Notes under the pieces: model-generated
What the model saw: the letters and a program-made list of their open reading frames with translations, nothing else
Databases searched by the model: none
What the model was told of the DNA's origin: nothing
Made by a program: the position numbers and the translations under genes
Part shown: positions 1 through 12,800 of the stretch, one piece after another
Numbering within the stretch: the stretch's first letter is position 1
How the letters are laid out: each line of letters starts with the position of its first letter
DNA from: Trichoplax sp. H2
Taxonomy: Eukaryota
Reading direction: 5' to 3'
DNA: 64,000 nt
Assembly: GCA_003344405.1 (NCBI GenBank)
Contig: NOWV01000030.1
Coordinates: 248,001-312,000, forward strand

Positions 1-592
1 AGTTTCATCTTTTTTTATTTTCAAAGTTTGAAAAATACTAAACTCAAAATTGTATGGTTACTGAATATAGTACGTTCGGCATAGACTATGTGCAGGATTA
101 AATCATCCATTCTTTTAGTTTACATTGCATGACTATTTCAAATATAATTATAATGAATCGGTTTGGTTAGAAGGTAGCATAACTTTTAATTCCTTCGTTA
201 CTTATTTTAGCTAGCACTGTTAGCATAACGAAGAATTTACTATATTACAAAGCTATAAAGCGTACAGAGTAGAGAAATTGAAGAATCAAAGAAATTGTAC
301 AATATTGGTATCTTGTGTTTCGAAACAGCATCATAAAATCGATGTTATGCAAGTTTATCAACTATTATTGCTTATAGGACTATTGGCAGCTTTATCACTG
401 CTTAGTGATTGATGGTAAATGACATCATCGCTTTAAGCTATTAACTATCTTAAGAATAAAAGGCTACTGATATAGTCCAAAAGAAGATTTTTATTCTTTT
501 AAATACAACTTTATATACAGTACTAATAACCTGGTGTAATTGTTAATAGCTTCGGTACATTATCCGTTTTACAAATGTAAATTGTTTATGGT

Positions 593-3500
593 TTAGCTTT
601 CGTTGTCTTTTCGATTCTCGAGTTTACTGCTTTTACCATCGAGTTTAGGTTCTGATTTTTCTTTCGATTTTGTCTTAGCTGCCTTTTTATGCTTTTTGAT
701 AGTTGCAACAGCATTAACCTTCACACATATGCTAACTGGATCTAATAGCTTATCTAGGAACGGTGGATTCGTCACTTCACGAATAGTAATAATATAATCG
801 CCTAATTATAGTTAAGAAAATCAAGGAGATTAGAAACGAATTGTAGATTTATTCCATTCAATATGGGTATGATATTTATATATTGCGTCTTGTCTATTTA
901 GAGTTTCCAATCCTTTCTATCTTATAATTGAAATACATACATACTAATTCTTAATTATTAGTAATTGACTAGTTATAGTTATAAACTGTGAACTTTAAAA
1001 TTTTTCCCGTGCATCTAGTGGTTCATGTTTTAAATAAACTGTAGTAATGTATGGTATACGTGCTGATATGCTGTCGCTATTTAAAATTGTTATTCTACCT
1101 GGTAGACAATATTTTTCCTCTGGTGATATAACTCTTGACGATTTTTCAGCTCTTTTATTAGCATCCTCTTTATTGCTTTCCTTATTAAGTAGATCATTGG
1201 AACCTGAACTTTGTTTCTTTTTTAAGACACTTTTCTCTTTCATCACGGTAGTTTGATTATCAGATCGAACTTTAGATCGAGGTAACCCAACCGATGATTG
1301 TCTCTTACGACGTTTAGTTTCACCTTCGGTTTTATTTTCTGCATCATTTGCCTCCCCTGAGTTTTCATTATTACCGTAGCCTAGCATGACTTTAATATGT
1401 TGTGGGGCTGGAGGTAAAAGAAGGTTGGTAAAACTCCCTCTCCCACCTTGTGTTCGGATATTACTAACAGATGGATAAAGATTAGCTACTAATTTGTTAT
1501 TAGCATCGGTATCAGCAGTACCATCTTGATTTAATGGTATTGATGGGTTGTTTTGTATATTAGAATTAGACGAAGAGGTAGTAACTTCCGATGATTTGCC
1601 ATTTTTACTTCCTAAATGAAGCCATTAACAACAATATCAATATTAAACTATATAGTTTAATAAGTAACACAGTAGAATCTTGTAGATACTTACGAGATTG
1701 CTGCTGTTTCGAGTTATTACCATTGCTTTGAGTATTTTGCGGAGAATCAGCTTGATTATATAGCGATGGTGTAAGAGGTGCAGTAGGACTAACTGGAGAA
1801 TTGAATTGTGATGTTGTGTGGGATGGTGATTGTTCTAAATCAGTTAATTTCAAATTTTGAACTTTTTTAAGTTCTTGATGATCATTTTTAGCCAACTGTT
1901 CATCAGATTGAGTAGCGTTCAAACTATCTTCTCCTTTATTCTGATCGTTGGCTTCTTCGTCTTCTAAGGTTTCCACAACGTATGATATTGGATAAGATTC
2001 TGTCTCAATGCTGTCAGTTATTCATATGCAGGAGAATATACAATATAGAAACGGATTAGACGATAATTTAGTATTTGCTACTAAATAAGGGAGGAAATTC
2101 TTTAAAGTTATTGATCAATTTTTATATTACTAGTCTCGAAAAGTAATACCGGTAGTTATTACGAGATAATGTGGTTCATAGCATCAGCAGATAAAGTATA
2201 GTTGTGTATATAGTGTTAGCTAATGACTGATTATTTCCTATTTATAATAAAAAATTATACAGTATAGTATTAAATTTAGCAATTTATATTATTAACATGA
2301 ATGTGTATATTTAAGGCAACATGCCATTCTAATTTAACGACTGATAATTGACTAGGATATCTAACATCTAACAGCTTGAGTATTTTTAATTATGATATAT
2401 TAAAGAACATATTCAAATGTTTTAACATTTTCACTTCATTTCGAAAATGCGTATGGAAATTGTAAGTAATTATCCATAAAGCATGGATGATATGACAACC
2501 CCCTCTCCAAAAAAATAGAAAACTAATAATCTTGATTATTAATTTTACCTTGGAGTTGTTTTTTCTGCCTTTTCTTTCTTAATCGATTCATTTTCAATAA
2601 TGGGTTGCATTTGATTTTCCTCAGTGAAAGGTTTCTTAATGGCCGCTGTGATTTGAAGTAAACGGCCAGTATCTAATGTCATGAAATGTCAAAGCACACC
2701 AGATATGAACGTATTAATAATTGATCTCAGTTAAGATTTAATTTTACATTTAAGTTAGGAAATTGATTATATTAGTACTATTTCAACAGTACGCTATAGG
2801 TTTACTGACCCTGTGTAGGCTCTCCTTCATCGGTTAAACACATTATTTCAATATTGAATGGACTACCTTGACTAATTTCAATATTATCGTCTCCAAGGAT
2901 AACTAATTTGTGAGTTTCCACTAGAAGAGACAATGTTTCTATGTTATACACCGATGATTTACTTTAATATTATTTTATTTAGAATTTCAACATCCTTATA
3001 ACCATTATAATCTACCAAGATACCTGATGGCCGGCCACCAATCCACATGCCTTCATAAATTACTCCGGAAGAATGCTGCATTCCACCTAGGCCATGAAAT
3101 CGATCATTACGCCATTGCCCCTAAGAATTCAATTTTAAATTATGTCTGTGTTCCTTCTTTATCAAATCAATGCAAAATTTAGCTGTATCAATTCTGCTAT
3201 TTACGGACGATGTGGAATTAATTATCATTGCACTACTCGATCAATTAAATCATGTCTATTCTCGGTGGAATAGAAATGTCATTAAATCAATCAAACAAGC
3301 TAACACTTGTGGTAAATTTATTAGACCTCGTAGATGCTGCCATCTGTACTTCTTAATACGCCATGTCCTTGGCGCAAGCCAAGGATCCAATCGCCTTCAT
3401 AACAATCACCATCGCTAAAGAATAAAATAACATCCAAGAAATAAACAGATTATATGAGTTTCGGGCATTCCTATATTGTTCTTAAATGGCTTATAATTGA

Positions 3501-4893
3501 AGCTGTATGTTCATAATGAAATCGTTACCCGTAGACTTGAGTACCAGTCCCGTGCCTTTTATGATTATAGAACATTCCTTCGTAGATATCACCATTTTTG
3601 GTGGTTAACGTTCCATTTCCTAGGTAGATAAATTGTCAAATTGCAATCAAGAAATGGTCGATTTTGGCCAATCTCTTGCATGAATTTGAGATGAATTATT
3701 GGCATACCTTCTCTTAAATTGTAATGCCAGTCGCCTTCGTAGCTTCCTCCATCTGCATAACGCATAATTCCAATGCCATTAATTTCACCCTTATCAAACT
3801 CTCCAGTATAGCTGTTGCCGTTGGACCACTTTCGAAATCCTGCACCATCCATTTCTCCATCTTTAAATTCTCCCTCATAGTATCCACCATCACTCATAAT
3901 TAACTTTCCGTGGCCTATAAATATTGATTGCATTAAATTAGAAAGTGTTTCATTCAGTTGAATGGACAGATATTGTACTGTATTCAGTAGCATCACCAAT
4001 TATGGCGACTAAGACGTTATGAAATCTCCAGTAATAATTGAAATGGAATTACGATTTAAAATTAATCCATTACCATGTTTTTTGCCATTATGCCAGCCAC
4101 CTTCATATTTAAAGAAACGATTCTTGTATGTGTATATACCAAATCCTATACCGATAAAAAGGATGATATAAAATTTGTATAACTGATAATTGAATGCATA
4201 CTTAGACCATTTTACCAATGATTGGCTTTTAATAAAACAGTTTAGCAGCAACTATTTCACACAAACCACTAACAGTATCGGATCATCCAATGTATACTTT
4301 TATAAACTAAATCATTACACCATAGGTTGACTCTCAATAAACAGTTTAGCAGCAAAAGTTTCATATAATCGCTAGCAGCGATTATATGAAACAGATAGAA
4401 ATAAGATGGCTATGACTCATTACATTTGAACGCATACCGGTACTGTATAGAGTGATCATTATCTGGAATGTTCGCATAAAATATACAGTATACGGATGAT
4501 GCTAATTGTTACGCTTAATATATGGATATTTAGTTATTGCAGTTTCAATAACATATAGAAGATTCACTAAAGTAATGGTAGAAATAATAATTGTGATCAT
4601 TGAAATTTCAATCCATCATATATATGAAAGACGTCAATATCCGTTTAAGCATACTGTAAGGTAGACTAAATATCGTACAGAAAGTTTATTAATTATGGGG
4701 TAACTGGTTAAGAATAATAATTTTAGTCACTTAGATTTATTATAATCTTACCATGGCGGAGCTGATTCTTCGTTTCGCCAACATACTCATTAGGACGATT
4801 GATTCTCTCTTCATTACCTTTCCTATTTTTAGATAACCTATCTATATTTGTTCTTGAACGTTTAATGATTTTATTTTTTGTTGCAGTTTCCAT
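593..4893 (-). CDS. MORN1: MORN repeat-containing protein 1 (about 11 coding exons)
   Basis: Exons joined at GT-AG junctions (approx. 4752-4893, 4074-4145, 3707-3914, 3530-3620, 3325-3414, 3023-3120, 2810-2921, 2549-2672, 1694-2010, 1099-1611, 593-801). They give METATKN...RHG|FGIYTYKNRFFKYEGGWHNGKKHG|HGKLIMSDGGYYEGEFKDGEMDG..., tandem MORN repeats, then ...QGSPFNI...GRLLQITA... and C-terminal GDYIITIREVTNPPFL, all matching remembered vertebrate MORN1 motifs. Internal boundaries are approximate. Confidence 0.9.
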
Positions 4894-5239
4894 CACTATA
4901 AATGATTAAATTAAAAGTGGAGAATATAGTGTAAGTAAATGATTGGTGATTGATAGTCATTTATCATGGTATAGTAATACTATCGTGTTGAATTGTTTGT
5001 AAATAATAGTAATAACTATCAATTTAAAACTGCTTAGGTAGCAGAAAATGCTAGCTAAGATAGGTAAAAATCGATCCAATATTTATCTGGAGTTCACTTT
5101 ACTCGAACGAACAATTTTAATAGCCTATAATGTGGTAAATTAGAACACAATCGAAGTGACCAAGCTAATGACTAAAATTTCAAGCCTACTATTTCATATT
5201 GGATTAATTGTTGTAGCAAAGTGAATAGATTAAGATGAC

Positions 5240-5530
5240 AATGTTATGATGGCGCTAGAATGATCTACTAAAAAAGTCTATTGCTTTGCATATAGAGATG
5301 TTAGATGAATGATGCTTGTAGAATAACGTATAGATAAATAGAATTAACGAATTTATAATTTAACCTTTAAGGGAGCTGTTGGATACGACTATGTGATGAT
5401 GGCGCTAGAATGATCTACTAAAATAATCTATGCATTTGCATGTCGAGATGCTGAATAGACGATGCTTGGAGGATAGCATATAAATAAAATTGACTGATTT
5501 GTAATTTAACTATCCAGAGAGCTATGGGAT
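5240..5530. repeat. Diverged direct duplication, 150-bp period
   Basis: GGCGCTAGAATGATCTACTAAAA occurs at 5251 and 5401, with similar sequence following both copies. Confidence 0.8.
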
Positions 5531-5984
5531 AAAGATATCGGAGACAGAGATATAGACTAACCTGGTTGCATTCTCTATACATGTAAATTGTTCATGGAAT
5601 AAAGTGCATAGCTCTTATTTACACTTGTGGTATAGCAACTTGATAGTGAATAATTCTACCTTATCGTATTGCATGGATACGGTGATCTTATTACTCTTGC
5701 TGTACGTTATACAGACATACTGTACATCAGGTTACCTACCTAATTGCCTGTCCAACCCATACAAGAGTTTCAATGTGATGCTTTAAGCAATAAAAATTGA
5801 TATAATTCTACTGTAGCCTCTCTCTATGTAGTCCAGAACTGATAGTATATACTAGTATTTTGAAAGATTGATAGGCAAGCATTTTATTTTGTATGGTTGC
5901 TAGGATACGTTGTTTTGCAACATGGCTTATCCGAGTAAGTCAATTTGTTGGTATGGTAGTGGGGTTGCACTTAGAACGTTAGTA

Positions 5985-6308
5985 TTACGTAAGTTGATTA
6001 TGTTGGATAAAAATGAGAAGGTGCTGAGTAGGCAAATAATGGGGTAGTAATATAAAAAATGGACAACGGGAACTAGTATCGTAGGAAAAGTATTACGTGA
6101 GTTGATTGTGCTGGATAAAAATGAGAAGGTGTTGAGTAGGCAAATAATCGGGTAGTAATATAAAAATGGACAGCGGGAACTAGTATCGTAGGAAAAGTAT
6201 TACATGAGTTGATTGTGCTGGATAAAAATGAGAAGGTGTTGAGTAGGCAAATAATCGGGTAGTAATATAAAAAACGGATAACGGGAACTAGTATCGTAGG
6301 AAAAGTAT
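5985..6308. repeat. Tandem repeat, 3 copies of about 107-108 bp
   Basis: GGATAAAAATGAGAAGGTG at 6005, 6113 and 6220; units are nearly identical. Confidence 0.95.
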
Positions 6309-7499
6309 TCACTATCCGCTTAGACGTATGTTAAGTGAGTGAATCATGATGCTACGACATATACTCCTTATTTGATTTGCATAAGAGGAACAATTACTCA
6401 TAATTGCGAGTCTTTATTCAGTCATGTTTATCTAATAACAAAGACTGACATGACTCAATCCTTTCTCAGAATGTCTTGATCTATCTTTATTTCAAGTTGA
6501 TGCGCTAATTCTACGCTAATGTTAACTGATTGATGTCTTGTTATAGTGTGAACAACATATGCGGGTTTATTTTTCAATGGCTATGGTTGCATTTTACTGT
6601 ATGGTGCAGTCATCGAGTAGCTCGATTTATTTAGATATTGATTTTTATTTAATATAACACATTATCTATTAGCTGACATATTGCCGCATTAACTTGGTGA
6701 TTTGTAAATTTTATATGCATATAAATTTAGTATTCATTTCGTAGCATAAATATTACATTTCTAGCTGATATTCCACCGCTTGGCATTTGACTATTCGATA
6801 ATTTTATATACTTGTTATACGACACGGATTCAAAAAACTAATGAGATGTTAGATAACTGATGTTACTCATTAAGTTGAGCTTCTTTTAACTGATCAACCT
6901 TTTTGCTGGTTATTCAGATCCAAATTGCTGTCCATCTATTGGTACGCTATCATTGTCTATTACGTAATTTTTGCGGTAGGTTAGGTGTCGCGTATTTAAT
7001 CATATTCAAGCCAATCTTTGCTATATGTATTAAACATATACTAAATACATATGTATGTAGATATAAATTATCGGAATGCGGATATTAATATGCCCTTTTT
7101 TTATAACATACATTGTTATGCTACAATATTGGTATTTCGTACATGGGGAGCATTTAGTTTATTCCTTGTATATTTATTACCGGTACTCAGGAATATAGAT
7201 GGTGCTTTTAAAACGCATCCATGACGCACCTGGTAGTCTAGTCAGCTTTTATGGATTGCATGCTGTAGAAATACTCGTCCATCAAGAAATAATCTCTTTT
7301 TGCCCCTTGTTTGTAGCTGTACAACTACATCGATATACAATAATGCATTAGTATATGTGCTCTATTCATATTGTATCTACTAGGTCATTTTTTTGTCCAT
7401 TGATACTCCAAAATGTGGATATTAATATACTTTTAAGGTGCACCTCTATATATGTATACAAGTTGAACCGGCTTTACAACAAATAGTGCGAATACACCT

Positions 7500-8345
7500 A
7501 TATCAAGAAACGTTCTGTTTTTGATTTCCTTTTTGGTAGTTGTACGAGAATATGTTGATGCTTCTGTAAATAATATACCAAGAAGCCTTTTCCTTTTTGT
7601 CTGCGTATTTGTAGTAGAGGCTTTTTCCTCTTTATCTGGATATTTGTACAGTAGTAATAAGAGAAAACATTGATGCGTCTATGGATAATATATCAAAAAG
7701 TATTTTTTGGAAATCTTCGTATTTGTAGTGAGTTAGACGAGAATATTTTTATGCATGTATAAACAATATATTTATCCATCAAGAAGCATTTTCTTCTTTT
7801 ATGTCTGTATTTGTATTTACTGTACAGCATAGGAGAATCTATTTATGCGTCTATGGATAAAACGTGTATATCAAGAAGCTTTTTCCTTTAGATCTCCGTA
7901 TTTGTAGTAATAAGAGAATATAGTAATGCATCTGTGGATAACGAAATACTGTATATCAAAAAGCATTTTATTTTGATCTCGGTATTTGTAGCTAGACGAG
8001 AATATTTTTATGCGTCTTTGGATAATATATCCGTATATCGAGAAGGAATTTCTTCATTTAGCTCCATATTGATAGTTTTACAAGACCATGTTTATGCGTC
8101 TATGGAGAATATACATCAAGGAGCAATTTCTTTTTACCTCCACATTTGTAGCTGTCTGAGAATCTATTTATGCGTCTATGGATAATTAATAAATATACTG
8201 TATGAAGAAACATTCTCCTTTTATCTGCGTATTTACAGTAATAGTTGATGCGTCTATAAATAATTATAATATGAGCGTATATCAAAAAAGTCTTTTCCTT
8301 TCTATTTTCGTATTTGCAGTAATGGGAAAATGTTTATCGTCTATG
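7500..8345. repeat. Degenerate tandem repeat family, about 10 copies of roughly 60-95 bp
   Basis: Recurrent GTATTTGTAG...GAGAATAT...ATGCGTCTATGGATAA...ATCAAGAAGC.TTTT pattern. Confidence 0.8.
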
Positions 8346-8419
8346 GAATACCCGTAGTTGTAGTTAGACGAGACTATATTCATGCCGTCCAACAACAAAT
8401 CTACGCTAAAATGCAAATT

Positions 8420-9260
8420 GATGACTAATAAAATAAGGGGACTGTCGCTGCGGAAAAGGCATCGCTAGACGACATTGTAGGAAAATGATCATTATCTATG
8501 AATGCGAGTTTACTCGATATTCCTAATTAATTGTGGTTTCTTTCATGTTGGCCCTACTCTACCTATGTAAGAGCTTCTTTTCTGCAGCATAGCTTGGTCT
8601 ACTCGATGCTATTAATAAGTATCAAATCGTCTATCACCAAGCTTACCGAGACTGCGGGCTGATGACTAGAAAAGGGTAGCAAGACTGTAGCTCACGAGAA
8701 GGCATCGCTAGACGATATGGCGAGGAAATACCCCTATATCATCATGGTAAATTGTAGTTTCAAGTCATTTTCTTCATGTTTTCCCTATTCTACCCATGTA
8801 AGAGGTTTTCTTCCGCAGCATAGCTTGATCTACTCGATGCTATTGACAAGTATCGAATCGTCTATCATCAAGCTTACCGTAGACTGCGAGCTGATGACTA
8901 GAAAAGGGTAGCAAGACTGTAGCTCACGAGAAGGCATCGCTAGACGACATGGCGAGGAAATACCCTTATATCATCATGGTAAATTGTAGTTTCAAATCTT
9001 TTCCTTCATGTTGTCCCTATGCTACCCATGTAAGAGGATTTCTTCCGCAGCATAGCTTGGTCTACTCGATATGATGCTATTGGCAAGTATGGAAGCGTCC
9101 ATCACCAAGCTACACAGCAGAGTTGATGAGTAAAAAAATGGAGTGTGACTGTAGCTCAAGAGAAAGTAGAACTAGACGACATGGCGGGCGAATCCGATCA
9201 TCCTTATGAATTGATTGGACTGTAGTTTCAAGTTATTTCCTTCATGTTGGCCCTATTCTA
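8420..9260. repeat. Tandem repeat, about 3.5 copies of 232-243 bp
   Basis: GGCATCGCTAGACGA at 8458, 8701 and 8933, with a diverged copy near 9170. Confidence 0.9.
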
Positions 9261-9884
9261 TCCCGTTTATGGCTATTTTGATGCAATGAGCGACGTACTA
9301 CTGAGTAGGTCTGTTCTATGTGTAGAATCATTTTGGTCCTTGTCTAGAGTACAAGCACCAATAAAGCGACAGTTGGTAGTGGGGCAAATTTAGAAATGGC
9401 ACCATGTCGCGCTAAGTCGGCCGCCATAGCTTGGATGGCCTAAAAAAGTCATGCGATTGCATGGATCAAAGGCAAGGACGAGGCAATAATCCACATCTGT
9501 AGGCATTTCGAAGACAAGTAAAAGCTATTCAAGTCCTTGTTGACAAGATCAAGTTGTTGTCGATAAAGGAAGAAGCTCAAGACAAATAAATCCATTGTCG
9601 ATTCTAGAAGATCGATATAAATAATAGTGTTAAGAGAAATAACCCAGTCAGCAGATAGAATAGGGACCTGGTGACCATCTCGTCATCAGTTTAGCAACGC
9701 CGAGAATACTCGACGGACTGACCAATCTGTCAATCAGCGTGGATTTATTGAAATAAAACTGTATTAGCTTGTAAGTTATCAAAAGAGGCTGGAGAAGAAA
9801 AGAGAAATACTTTCTAGTCGATAGAAATTATTACTCCGCTGCTTTTGCTCGTTGATCGCTTGCCACGGCCATAACCGTCTTAAC

Positions 9885-12800
9885 ATGAGTCCTCGTAGCC
9901 GATTACCTACGACTGCGACGCATAGGCTACGCCAAGATTATCTTCGATTGAAGAAAGATCCTGTGCCCTATATCGAAGCCACGCCGTTGTCGTCGAATAT
10001 TTTAGAATGGTAAGTCGTTTATTTCTGGATTTTTTTTTTAAAACAGGAGGGAAATAGGGTAGTAAAAGGAGGCCGATCAGAGAGAAAGAGTCTCTTGTCG
10101 TAGCGGACAAGAGCAAGGTTGACTGAGACTCCTCCTTTCCTGCTGGAGATGTCGATGTGATGTTAGGTCGGCAGACATTGATTTCCCTTTAGATCGTTTT
10201 TTTCTCCAACATGATTAAAAAAAAAATAGAAAATAAAATTACTCTAGCCTTGTGTTGGACTACAGTCATCATCCCTATCCCATATGCTATAACTTTGACA
10301 CAGTCCTTGGTGCTAGTTAGAGCATGTTGAAAGCATTTTCTTGTTGTTCAACGCTCATTTTCAACACATTGAGACAGTTGTTAACGCTTTAAAATGGGAC
10401 TAATGGATCGCCTCTCGTTTGCGCCACTCCATATTGCTTTGCTGTGGCTGTTGGCCATCATTTCCTACAGGCACCACGCAATTTAGACTGAATTATTTCA
10501 AGGATGGTGTTGAAAATCAAGTGCCATTTTCAACACTTTACACAGCCATTGGAAAACACGGAAATTCAGTTGATCGACTGTTGAAAATAAGAAATGGATT
10601 CCATCAATTTTCTTCTAATCCATATTGCACGTCTACCGTCCCTGACACCAGACTGTGCAAAGGATTTTCCCATTGGGTTCATGCTGGTAGAAATGAAAAA
10701 TTTGTGTCAATGATGGTGTTAAAAGAAATTGCCCTTTTGCATCTCATTTCGACAGTAATTGAAAAATAGGGAAATGGTCAATAGGATCGGGGTGTTTAAA
10801 GTAGGGAATAGATCCAATCAACTTTGTAATTTAGGCTGTACCATTCCTAATGACTGTCAATCTAGAGACATTGGATAAGGTCGGCAGGAATGAAATTGAT
10901 TTCGATCATGGTTTTGAAAAATTACTGACGTAAGTGGACGTTTTCAACGTGTTAGACAGTTGTTTAAATAGGCCAATAATTCTAGAATTCTGATGGAGTG
11001 TTTAGAATAGGGAATACTGTAGATCCAATCGACTTTGTAATTGATGTTGCACCATCGCTGCTGACAGTGCAAAGGATAATCTCCATTGGATTCATGAAAG
11101 CAGAAATGAAATTTTCATCTCCATCATGGCGTTGAAAATTTCTCCTGTACTGCACATGGACGTTATTAACTCATGAGACAGTGTCGTGCAAAATAGAGAA
11201 ATAATTGATCTGATTGAGTATTTCAAGAAGGGAATAGATTGAATCCACTTTCTAATTGATGTTGTACCATCCCTACTGACTGTAGAAAGGATCTCCATTG
11301 GATTCCTGTCGGCAGGAATAAAATGGAAACTTTTTACTTTCATCATAGCATTGAAAATTTCTGCTATGGATGGACGTTTTCAACGCCTTCGACAGTTATT
11401 TCAACCGAGAAATCATTCTATAATGCTGATAGAGTGTTTTCAATATATGGAATACTGTAGATGCAATGGACTTTTTAATTGATGTTGTATCATCGCTGCT
11501 AACTGCGGAAAGGATCTCTATTGGATTCATGGAAGCAGAAATGAAATTTTCACTTTATCTCCATCATGGCGTTGAAAATTTTTCCTCTACTGTGCACTAT
11601 ACATAAACGTTATTAACTCATGAGATAGTGTAATTTAAATTAGGGAAAGAATCGATGTGATTGAGTATTTGAATTTAGAGTAAGGAATCGACTTTCTAAT
11701 TGATGTTGTACCATCCCTGCTGACTGGGGAAAAAGATCTCTATTGGATTCATGGAAGCAGGAACGAAATTTTCACTTTATTTCCATCATGGCGTTGAAAA
11801 TTTTCTGCTGGACATGGACGTTATCAACCCATTGGACAATAATGATATAATTTAGCATATAGTATAGGGAAATAATCGATCTGATCCAGTGTTTAAAGTA
11901 GGGAATAGATTCAATCGACTTTCTTCTCATTGATGCTATATACCATCCCTGCTGACTACGGAAAAGATCTCCATTGGATTCATGGAAGCAGCAATGCAAT
12001 TTGCACTTTATTTCCCTCGTAACATTGCAAAATTTCTACTGTGGATAAACGTTTTCAACGCATTCGAGTGTTGTTTAATGAAGTTCAATGAGAGAAGTAA
12101 TGGATGTGATCGACTGTTGAAAATAGGGAATAGATCCAATCGTTGTTGGACGTCCCTAACAACTATGGAATGGATTGACGTTTGATTCATGTAGGCAGGA
12201 ATGAAATTTGGACCCTATTTCGATTATAGCGTTGTAAAATATTGGTTGTAGATGGACATTTTCAACGCATTGGACAGTTGTTGAATAAATATTCAGTGGA
12301 GAAATAGTGAAATTTTTGATCAAGTATTGAAAATAGGGAATAGATCGAATCGACTTTCTAATCCAAGTTGTCGCTGATGACTATGGAAGGTTAGCCTAAA
12401 ACGATCGTGAAGAAGATGAAGAAACATTTCATTTTTCTCCAATTTGAATCATTTTACCAGCCGGGAAAAGAAATTATTCGGTGACTAAAGCGATCATGAG
12501 GATCACAAAGAAACATTTTATTTTTATCCAATTGGAATCGTTTACCGGTTGGGAGAAAAAATGGTTAGAAACGGTCCTATTCCACTTGAACGAAGCCTGA
12601 AAGGGTCATGAAGAAACATATCATTTTTCTTCAATTTGAATCTTTTAACTTGGCTAGAAATGGTCCATTTCCACTTGAACTAAGCCTAAAAGGGTCATGA
12701 AGAAACATATCATTTTTCTTTAATTTGAATCTTTTAACTTGGCTAGAAATGGTCCATCTTAGCCTAAAGGGTCATCAAGAACATGAAGAAATATTTCAGT

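Noticed and set aside
3319..3324. Possible non-canonical MORN1 splice donor (GTCTAA)
   Set aside because: It is still a GT donor with compatible phase. Weak, but not U12-type or otherwise exceptional.
6073..6312. 79-aa ORF with internal repeats
   Set aside because: It is a translation of the 107-108 bp tandem repeat. The frame shifts between units and there is no recognisable domain.
10419..10769. 116-aa ORF nested in UBE2J2 intron 1
   Set aside because: Non-ATG start, overlaps the degenerate edge of a tandem repeat family, and shows no domain similarity.
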